From contig OX597829.1 of assembly GCA_951406725.2 (NCBI GenBank), forward strand, positions 55,862,001-55,926,000: a stretch of 64,000 nucleotides of DNA, in the 5' to 3' direction. The translations under genes were made by a program, and so were the position numbers. The DNA comes from Octopus vulgaris (lineage: Eukaryota). Of this stretch, positions 53,704 to 64,000 are shown piece by piece. The stretch's first letter is position 1. Each line of letters starts with the position of its first letter. Below the pieces are notes generated by a model. The model was given only the letters and a program-made list of their open reading frames with translations, made no database searches and had not been told where the DNA came from.

Positions 53704-56186
53704 TATTGTGTTGTTTGAAAAAAATTCCATAAACAACCATAAACAAGCGGATTATTTATTCTGCATAAGAAATATAGAATTAATTATCTTTAGGGCAGAA
53801 GTTCTGAGTATTGGGGTAATAGTCATCCTTTTCTGATCCCAGGTTTCTTCACTTTCTGTCCAGTTTTTAATTATCATATTTTAATTCTTCATCAATATAC
53901 TTTTAATTGTAAATTATTGAACAATTCGTGAAATTAATTTTCTTTATTAATTGCAATAAGTTGAAATGGTAATTTCTTATTTCAGCAAATTGTATATCTC
54001 CCACTTGATACAATGCTCCATTCTGTTGCTAAGAAGATTCTTTTTCTTTTTATTAAACATCATCAAAGAGTAAAATATAAAATCTTCGCAAAACAAAACT
54101 TCGATTTGATTTAATTCCTATGATTCCGAATTCCTATATCGGAATATATACAGGTGGTATCGGCATTTATGGCCAGACTGTCATGTTCAAGTTTCTATTC
54201 AGCAATTTATAATAACCAGTTATCGAGTATCGTATAAACATGAGGATAATTTCTCAAGCTTTAAGCAAATAAGAAGTAATGAAAAAATACCTCCGAAAAT
54301 TTGCAGAAAAAAACAATTCGAACGAACGCCAACACGTTCAAATTTCTCATCTGTTTTCGATGAAATGTGATTACAATTTCAACACCTACCCAAAATCCTC
54401 AGTATGGAAACTATCAGACCTTAGACAAGCATGCACGAAAAATGAACGGATTGAAAAGCGGACGATAACGGAAAAATACAAAACGAAACAAAGGGAAATA
54501 TCGCGCTCACGGTACATCCACCCCCTTGTTGTTTCTTCAATGGATTATAACTCTAAAATTATTTTAGAGCATACTTAAGAATGTCTTTTTATACAGAGTT
54601 AATTTAATTCGAATATTCTGACATTGTATGCCTCCAAAACATAATATACAAAGAGCCTTGTGATAATGATTACGATATTGACTGATAGAAAACTATCAGA
54701 CTAAGGGAGATGTACAAATCAGACTTTAGAAATAATCCAAAAACGTTACAGAAAGCAATTTTGATCATTTGGTTTAGTCCTAGGAATGTCAGTGAAATTT
54801 ATTCTAATATAGGAATATAATAATTATATCTTCGATCGTGTGTTTCTTATCGGATGTGCTTTAAACGTTTTATGCAGCTGTTTAATAGGTTAACGATTAA
54901 AAATCTAATGCTCTCCTGAATCCATTAATACAAGTGTGTTAAGTTTGGCATAAAGATACTTAATAAGACCTTTTGACTGTGAACCCAATCCGAATACATT
55001 CAGCTTTAACGGAACATGTATTGATCAAATGCATTCCAAATGTATTTCCGATTCAAACTCACAAACATATATGTAAGTGTAGTTTCGTACACGCATACAG
55101 ATCGCAATGACTTTAAACGATCCTTTGACTTTCACGGGAGGGGACGATGTTTTAGTTAATTTCATGGCCAGCAATATCTGGCTAGTTGAGTTTTAGTTTA
55201 TCTTTTTTTTTTTTTTGTGCACCACGAACATTCCCAAAACCAGTCATTCTCAATAAACTCACATTTTATTTCATTGTAGAATGTTGCCCTCTATCCCATA
55301 CTGTATGGGTAAGTAGTATTTCACGAAGATTGCGTCGTAGTGGGCAATAAATTGTTGACGTTCTGCTATTTTGTTTTGCATCAAGTATATATTATCAGAT
55401 GATATGTTCAATCATTTTAGCATATGGTATTTAACATAGATGTACCTTCCATAACGAGAGATATAACTTAAGTATTGGTAATTAAAGCAGCGCTTTTAAT
55501 GTCATTTTTAAGATGAGTATATTCAAGTAGTCATGAATATCTTTCTCCGTAAAGTTATGTAATTCTAATTTTGTTTTTATGGAAAACTTGCCATAAAAGT
55601 TGCCATAGTCCCTGCAAATAAGTTCTAACCATTATACGTTTGTATTTCTTATAAACTTCACAAAAACCCTTATTGGGTTCATTTTCCGCCCAGACGCTGC
55701 AGCTGGGTCACAACCAGGGCGTCATGTTTAACGCCACAAACTCACGTCTCTGATCTATTCTTTTGCTGAAACAATAACGCCCTACAGAATATATACATTC
55801 CCTATACACCCACAGGGAACATATCCTATACAACCGTTTCCTGGTAAAATTTCAAAACTTGCACAATAAATACACTGAAACAATGGATGCTGGATATTGT
55901 GGCATCTACAACCCACACAGCTAGTATTTCTAATACACTTGCTATCCAATAATAAAACGTAACACACTCGTCCACAAACACACACGGTCAGCAGAAATGA
56001 TACAGTGTTTACGAAACACAATCGCAACTCAACGAAATGACATGACTCAAAATGCACATAAACAAAACACGACAAACAAAACGCCAAAATAACACTAGAC
56101 ACAACAACGTAGAGACACAGCTCATGAATATGCAACCAGACACGGTGGTGCCGTAGAAATTTGCATGAAACTCTTCAAGAAATGGC

Positions 56187-56187
56187 A

Positions 56188-56220
<33 letters not shown>

Positions 56221-56300
56221 GTGGTGGTGGCGGCGGCGGCGGTGGTGGTGGTGGTGGTGGTGGTGGTGGTGGTGGTGATGATGATGATGATGATGATGAT
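56187..56300. repeat. (ATG)n-(GTG)n compound microsatellite
   Basis: Directly visible. Confidence 0.95.
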
Positions 56301-57339
56301 GAAAAGGATAAGCATTTCAAATGATAAGCAATTAGAAATGCTATGGCACCCAAAAGACAGGTTTATCAAAGAAATCTATATGTGATTCAGTTTAGAAGAA
56401 GGTGCCCAGGCAATCTTAAAAGAAGGAACATTAATTAAGAATACTCAAATCATGCTAGATAAAGAAATTACGACGAGAGAATTTTTACCTGACAAAGACA
56501 TACAAATGACTTAATAATCAATGATCTTTATCTAGTTCATTGATTCCTAATCAATGTGTACAATACACACAAATTAACGAAAAGGAAATGAATAGGTGAA
56601 AAAAACTAGCTAATAGGCATCAATACTGTAGCTGTCTAAGTGATAAGTTGCAGTTATAATATTCTACGCTAAATGAACAAGCAAGACCAGAGAGAAAATC
56701 AAGGTAGATAATGACTACATTTAGAATACACCACCAAAGATCTAACAGAGAATTGCTATATTTACCGTGAACGCAATATGAGGGACTTGCTGCAAATAAT
56801 AAAGCACTATTATAAAATAGTCACCGTAGGTTGGTAAACTATAATAAATTTATACAAATAGCTACTAAACGCAAATAAAAATGTTTTAATGTTTTCACTT
56901 TTCAGGGAAGACAACAAATACAAAACAAATTGAAATGATAATAAAAGAAAGAAAACGATGAAGCCACAAAAATTATGGAACAGATAAAATCTAAGCGAAG
57001 ATTAGGTCTACAAATTTCCATCATAAAACAAAGCCATGTAAAGCTCTAGCATGACCAATACTTGAAGAAGAAAAGCTGAACTGATTGGAAGTAGGCAAGA
57101 GAAAACTGCAATTTAAACTGAGAAGCGTGAAACTCTTGATGTAGGAATTGATGGATTCTTGATTGTGATAATCTACTCAATTAAAATCCACCGAAAGCAA
57201 CACAATTGGTCACTCAGTATTAACCATGAAAGAATGCCAGTAGTATATAGAATACCAGCAGAAAAGCGACACACAAGAAAGGGCTTGAAATAGATAAATG
57301 TGCGATGCTAAATATCAAGTCAGAAGTGATCGAACTTCC

Positions 57340-57968
57340 AAATAAGACATCGATCCGAGCATTGAATGAGGGCGACAGTTACAAATAATTATGTGTTCTG
57401 TTAAAAAGGTGAGAAGCGAATATCTCAAGAGAGGGGAAAAAGGTGCTAAGCTCAAAATTGAATGGAGAGAAAAAGCATCTCTGTAGTTAACACATAAGCA
57501 GCATCTCTAATACGATAATGTTTTGTTTTCCTGAACTGAACGAAAAAAGAAGTGAGAGATATATATATTGTAAAACCAGAATGACAACGTCGGTGTACAG
57601 GTTGCCACATCCCAGCGACAGTGTCGATAGGTTATACCCTCCACGAAGGACGGTGGGGCCAGGGACTGATATCAATAGAAGACTGTGTAAAGATGGCAGA
57701 ATGGGACATAAAAGAATATGTAAGAAGAAGCAGATGAGGAAGGCTTATTTCAGCTGTCAGATGAGGAAGAAGCTGGAGACTGAAACAGAATATAAGAAAA
57801 GAAAACAGGAGCGAGAAACTAAGAAGAAGAAGAAGCAGAAGAAGAAGAAGCAGAAGAAGAAGAAGAAGATTGGGGACTGCTGAAAACTTATGGATACCTA
57901 AGGTTACTGGTGGTAACCGGTTATCCATATAAATCCTACCAGGAATAAGACCGTACCTGAGCCAAACC
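57340..57968 (+). mobile_element. Degraded R4/Dong-type LINE with 3' UTR and (AAT)n tail
   Basis: HPSDSVDRLYPPRRTVG motif; ends at (AAT)n. Confidence 0.6.
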
Positions 57969-58022
<54 letters not shown>

Positions 58023-58354
58023 GTAATAATAACAATAATTGTTTATAAGCTAGAAGGACACGAAACGTACAATGAAATGCGTAATACAATGTTAAACCGA
58101 GACTTACTGAGATTTGTAGATTGATGCAAAAAGTTATGTACAAATAAATATCAGGAAACATTTTAGGTTTATAAAACGCAAATAAGTACATGCAATAATT
58201 TCAAAATACACACCAAGAACGATCAACACCTAAAACAAGAATTCCTCACCCCCAGAAGATCTCCTCTCCACGGAAAGTGCATTTCTCTTCGAACGCTTTT
58301 ACTGTCTTTCTAACTGTCATTAAGAGGAAAGGGTGGTGTCTTTTTCTCTGTTTT

Positions 58355-58865
58355 ATGACGTGGTATGAGCAAAAACTACAGAGAGTGGAGGAGTCGGAGA
58401 CTAGCAAAATCCTCTGGGATTTCCTAATTCAAACAGATCAGGTGTTAGAGTATAACAGACCGGACCTAGGGTGGCGGACAAGGTGCATCACATGTGCTAT
58501 ATAGTTGATGTTGCATGCCCTTTTGACCCATTAATAATCAAGGAGGAAAACAAAAAGATAGATAGATACAACCCTCTTAAGTACGAAATTGACCGGTTAT
58601 AGAAAATGAAGAAAGTGCAGATAGTGTCAATTATTGTTGGGTCCTTCGGAATAGTATGAGAAGGCATCAAGGGGAATATAAAGGAAATTGGAATAGCTTG
58701 CCCTGTAGAACTGTTACGAAAGGTTTACCTCCTTGGCATAACCAGAATAATCAGGAACGTATCAGATAGCTGAAAAGAGCAAATAGCATTGTACCGTAGG
58801 CTGCAGGTGGTAAGTCCGCTACGCATGTAAGATTCAAGGAGTTCCAACAAAACCTGTGATAAAAA

Positions 58866-58866
<1 letters not shown>
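58355..58866 (+). mobile_element. R4/Dong-type LINE endonuclease fragment with 3' UTR
   Basis: WYEQK..KILWDFLIQTD..NRPDL, VDVACPFD, LKYEI, IIVGSFG; (AAT)n tail. Confidence 0.75.
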
Positions 58867-58940
<74 letters not shown>

Positions 58941-59329
58941 TGATGATGATGATGATGACAATAATAATAATAATAATAGTTGTTACACATTTTGGTGGGT
59001 GGAGGTGTAAGTCGATTACATCGACCTTAGTACTCAACTGGTAGTTATTTTATCGACCGGAAAAGAATGATAGGTAACGTCGACCTCGGCAGAATTTGAA
59101 CACAGAATGTCTATACGAATAATACGTTATCGTCAACCTTTACTTACCGATGTAGAAGTAAGGCAGAGAAACGCTAAACTCAGAAGACAGCGTTTCTATT
59201 ACGATATCGGGTTTAAACACTATGTGATATGTAATGAAGAAAGAACGCTATCAGCGGTTAGAAATGTCTGAAAGATTACCAAAATAGCAGGAAAATTCAA
59301 GAACAGAAGGAAGAATAAGAAAGGAAGCA

Positions 59330-60180
59330 GATAGAAGAAAAATATTTCATGGCCGTTTCATGCAGTAAAGCTGAGGCTGCTGTGATCAACGTATGGAAAT
59401 ATGAAACGAGAAACCGAAACACTAATTATAGCTGCTCAAGGACAAGCCATTAGGAGGAATTTGATAACGGCAAAAATTGGTAAAACTCAGAGAGCAAATG
59501 CACAACTTTCTGCGAATAGGAGTCGAAAGAATTAAGCATCTCTTGAGAAGATGAAGTAAACTGGCACACAAAAATAAGTATAAATGCAAGGGTGACCGAT
59601 TGTTAGCCGAGTGTGTGGAACCAAAGTAGCGGAAAAGTGGTATGAACATAAGCCAGAGGCTGTGATGGACAATAAAAATTACAAGATTTTATGGGGTATT
59701 CTCATAAAGATTGACTATTCTAAAGAAGCAAGAAAACTAGATAGAAGACGAAAGAAGTTGTGTAAGATCATAGTCTTTGCAATATTATATAATAATCCTT
59801 TCCACTATAGACACAAGGCCTGAAAATTTGGAGTGTAAAGGTCTAATCGATTACATTCACGCAAGTGCTTGACAAGTACGTATTCTAGCAAATCCAACAG
59901 GATGAAACGCAAAGTCGACCTCGGCGGAATTTGAACACAAAAAGACGGGAAAGACTGTGGAAGACTAAAATAACAACTATTCCTACGGTAACTGATGCAC
60001 TTTACACAACTCTCAATTACTGGAATTGAGTCTCGGATTTTCAACCTGCAGAAAAATGCAACCCTGTATTCTGCAAGAATCTTAAGAAAGCTTCTTGAAA
60101 TTTGAGAAACTTGTCACCGAATCTCTAGACAACATTCTTACTATTATAACTTGTAATGATTTTAACAACAACCACAACAA
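59330..60180 (+). mobile_element. R4/Dong-type LINE fragment interrupted by a SINE B copy (~59795-59945, minus strand)
   Basis: IIAAQGQA, KWYEHKPEAV..KILW, SARILRKLLE; (AAT)n tail. Confidence 0.65.
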
Positions 60181-60213
<33 letters not shown>

Positions 60214-60225
60214 TATAAATAATAA

Positions 60226-60744
60226 ATACCCTGAATAAATACCAAGCAGTGGATCTCATGGTTCTGATCTTAATTTAATTGGTAATGTTAACATGTAAAT
60301 ATTTTTCCTTGGTATAAAAGATGGGCTACAGCAAATACTTTGCTCAATACCACAGATTTGCTTGTCATTTGCTTGACCTTAACCAGATGAGCATGTCCCT
60401 TAGTGGCTGACGATATGTGCATCTCTGATCACGAGCAGAAGTAGTTGGAGAGCATCATAGCCATGTGTTGAGAGGAATTCTTTGAGTTTGAATAATTCAC
60501 CTTTGGAAACATGGGTGTTATGTTTATCATCTTTAAACAACCCTTATTCGGGGACCTTTTCAGAGGGGTGGGCTACTCGACCCGAAGAAAATTCTAACTG
60601 GACCCCACCATTCAAGATCATGAAATGTATACCTTGATATGAGATCACCATGTCGCGCACATATGGTTGTGATGCATGTGCTTCATGTACCCTCGTATAT
60701 TATACTCCAGTGTCACTTTGATGATAGCCACTGCTCTTTCACTC
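60226..60744 (+). mobile_element. (AAT)n-associated element, copy 5 (older, full length)
   Basis: Diverged homolog starting at the same 5' point as copy 3. Confidence 0.8.
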
Positions 60745-60949
60745 AGCAATGATAATAAAAGTAATTTCTGTATTTGCTGCTAATTTATGCATAAAACTAA
60801 ATAAAAACATCGGCATATTGTTTATAAACGCGCAATAAGTAAAAAGTTATATAGAAATGGAGGGTGAAGTGAGGACATTTTACAACGAACATAAATATTT
60901 GAATTATTTAAAACAAAATGGAATGGATATAGCATTATAGACGCTGATG

Positions 60950-61074
60950 TTGCTATTGGGTTAAGAACTTCATGTAACTTTCACGCATGTAACTTTCACT
61001 ATAGTCTTAGGCCGACCAATGCCATCTGAATGAATTTGGAAGTGCCAACTAAGTGGAAGATCATCGTAAATATA

Positions 61075-61135
<61 letters not shown>

Positions 61136-61320
61136 TGAGTTTTTGTGTTTTTATCCCACCATCACTTGAGAACAATTGTTGGTATGTCTACATTTTAGTA
61201 ACTTAGTGCTTCAGTAAAAAAGAGTGCGGTGGACTAAGCACAGATGTTAAGATAAGTACTGGATGAGTCTTTGACTAAACCCTTCCAGGCGGCTCCTCTC
61301 TGTGGTTGCATTCCAATGAC
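60950..61320 (+). mobile_element. Degraded SINE family A
   Basis: ggccgaccaatgcc, internal (TG)n, ataagtactgg and tail similarity to 8261-8673. Confidence 0.55.
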
Positions 61321-64000
61321 TTTTGAATATAAAAATCAGTATTTAGGACGAGATATAATTCACAACATTTAAGCGCAAATTGGATAACCCAACCACAGAG
61401 GACCGAAAACCGATGAGCTGGTGGAGTAAAAGCACAATTATTCTACCTGCCTACTTCCCATTGTATTGAAATCAGATGTTCCAAAAGGCGTCCATGGACA
61501 TTTTATGCATTGGTTGTAGTAAAAAACAAAAATTGCCTTTTCTTCTTGATCAACAACCTATGCTTAGATAGAGCATTGATATGGTTTTCCTTACAATTCC
61601 TAGCTTTCGCTTATCCCTTTTGCCATACATTTTCCTCTCCACCGTTATCGTTCATTATCGTCTTTGGAAACACCAAGAACGCATCTCAGACTTACGTTGC
61701 TCTTTCTTAGCACGATGAAGTTCTTGTTTTTCCGGGCAGTGGCGCTTTCCTTTGTATTCTAGGAGTTTTGTTTTTGCGATCTTTCTTTGATCCTTTTTTC
61801 TCACAATCTTCTGTCGCTTTTCTCAAAATGCCATCCGTTCCTCATTGTAACATGTCAGTAGGATAATAATAATGGTAATACAAGGAAAGGGATTTCGGTC
61901 GCTTCGGCTTCTGAAACCGAGGTCGAGGCGGTCTCTTCCGCCATTACCGAACATTCGACTGTCATTACTGCTGAAACAAGTCACCGGAACCAGCCGTTTT
62001 TGTTGTTGTTATCCGCCGCTCCTCTCCATCTTTCTACTCCCCACCACCACCACCAGCCACTTCGCTTTTTATTTGTGCCCGTTACATGACAGAGTTTATG
62101 AATAGTCCTATGGTTTTTCGGAGATCGTAAGAACTTACAAGTTAACGGTCACCTTTTTCAGCCTACATGTTATTTCTCATCACCTTCGCTCATTGTATTT
62201 GAACATTCCGCACTTGAAAGGTGACAATGAATCAGGACCAAATGTTGTCACCGATGCTTCTGATCCTCTTGTTACCCATGTATCGTACTGATCCTCGTAC
62301 TACGACCTTACTCGACTATAGATGGGTATCCGCCGCATTATATCCGTATCAGCATCGACCTTAGTCTTGGCTAAGAAGGCAACACCCTATGCTTTGGTTA
62401 AGTCGATTGGCAGCACATGAATCCATACAATGAACAAATCCTCCTTCTATTGTTTCACCAAGGACACAGAGAAATACTCACTGTTTCTTCGCGAAGCAAA
62501 AATATGCCACGTCTCTGTTCATTAGCTCTATCGCAAATCCTTGGAAAGTCAATACAGTCTTTTGCGACAGCTCATACTTTTTTCAAACAAGACTTCATCC
62601 AATCAAATTTTCCCAATGCTAATTTGTAAAATTCTTGCTGGGGCAACTTATATTAGAGAGTGAGTACTGTTGTTGTTGCTACCTGAATCACTAAAGCTAC
62701 TTCTAGTGTTATTATGATATGTCCTGGTTTCCAATATTATGTTTTCCTTTTAAAGTATTATGCATATTTTTGCAAAGCATTCGTGTTCTGTCTCTTCTTT
62801 TTGTTTACTGTTTGAAGAAACGTTTGTTATAACTCGGGATACTGCGAGCGGGAAGACATTTTTAATTTACAATTGAAAATATTTTCTCAAAATGAAGTCC
62901 ATATCTAAAACTTCCTCCTTGGAAGCGATATCTGTAAAGTAATTTTTGCAGGCAAAGATGTACGTTGTTGCCATTGCGAAGCGAATCGCCAAAATCACTC
63001 TGATCAGAAAAGTAATTTTCAAGATTTAAATTGCATGTGTTTTGGTGCAAAGCCTTCCGGTTCATATTCACTTTTATTTGAAGCCTATATTATGTAATAA
63101 TCAGGACAAGTTCCAATTGCGCTACCCCTTCACTGTAGTAAGGATTTCGGGGTAGGTTTGTATCTCACTATATTCGCGATATGCCTAGACTTTTTCTTGG
63201 ACTTGAATGCTCTTCTTATTGTTTGTCAAATTACTAAAACTATTCTTAGGGTTAGTATCGATAAAATAAAAGTATCATAAGTTTTCCTTTCACATTATAT
63301 GAAATCTTCTGCAAATTATCCCAGTTCGTACTTTATTCGTTGTCAGTTTAATGCTTAAAGTGTGTTTTTATAGTTCGAAATTTGTGTGAGTGGATATGAA
63401 CTAGTCCATTTCGTCAATATACGAAAGGGGAAAACTTGTTTGCAAAATAAAGATATTACCAGTACATTTCAACTGTTTCAAGGAAGAATTCCTTAGTCTC
63501 ATATGAACGTCCACTCAGCCTAACATGTTACAATGTAAAAGTAGCTTTAAAATTGAACATATTGACAAGCTACCATGTCGCACATAATAAGCTTGAAATT
63601 ACCAATGGTATGATAATTATCGCCATTGCAAAACCAAACGATTGTGTAGAAGCAAAAGGAAAAAGCTAAGGTACCACATCGATCAACATACAGTTGGAGC
63701 GATGTAGAGTCAGATCTGTGAAGGCTTTGACGGTTGAGTTACAAGGATAGATACACAGTAATATGCAGATAGTAACGTCCCAGGAGAAAAACGAAACGAT
63801 ACAAGGTGTGCGAGGTATTTGAAGATATATTTGGTAATTCAAAAAGACAACTTTAATTTATCAAAAACCAAATAAAATTTCGTGGACAAGTTGTCGATAA
63901 GCCTTCTTCTAAGATTATTCTGTGACTCCACCTTTATCTTTAATGATTGTTTCAATGCAGGACCGGAATATTTGACAAGCCTACACCAAATAGCTTTTAC

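Noticed and set aside
54100-55000. Possible ancient Penelope-like coding relic
   Set aside because: Only faint motif resemblance; cannot be supported without a profile search
62300-63900. Non-repetitive terminal region with an IDLTKA RT-like peptide on the minus strand
   Set aside because: Single short motif surrounded by stops; insufficient to call a gene or element

Overview
AT-rich eukaryotic non-coding DNA saturated with microsatellites and transposon relics. The SINE, LINE and simple-repeat content strongly suggests a cephalopod (Octopus-like) genome; this is inferred from repeat families recognised from memory, not from a search. No intact host gene could be supported, and almost all ORF-track entries are microsatellite translations. 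Recognisable content: tRNA-derived SINEs of four kinds, five copies of a ~540-bp (AAT)n-associated element, R4/Dong-type LINE fragments, Penelope-like (RT/GIY-YIG) relics, Tc1/mariner relics, a piggyBac-type MITE and a SINE-derived 93-bp minisatellite. The most notable hidden layer is a set of mutually unrelated short non-coding elements next to (TA)n tracts that carry type I hammerhead ribozyme folds (about 4 intact or near-intact, several decayed). They occur as long fold-back hairpins with an unpaired tail, or as a ~472-bp multi-hairpin unit with a 100-bp terminal redundancy that looks like an integrated circular retrozyme. All folds were derived by eye.
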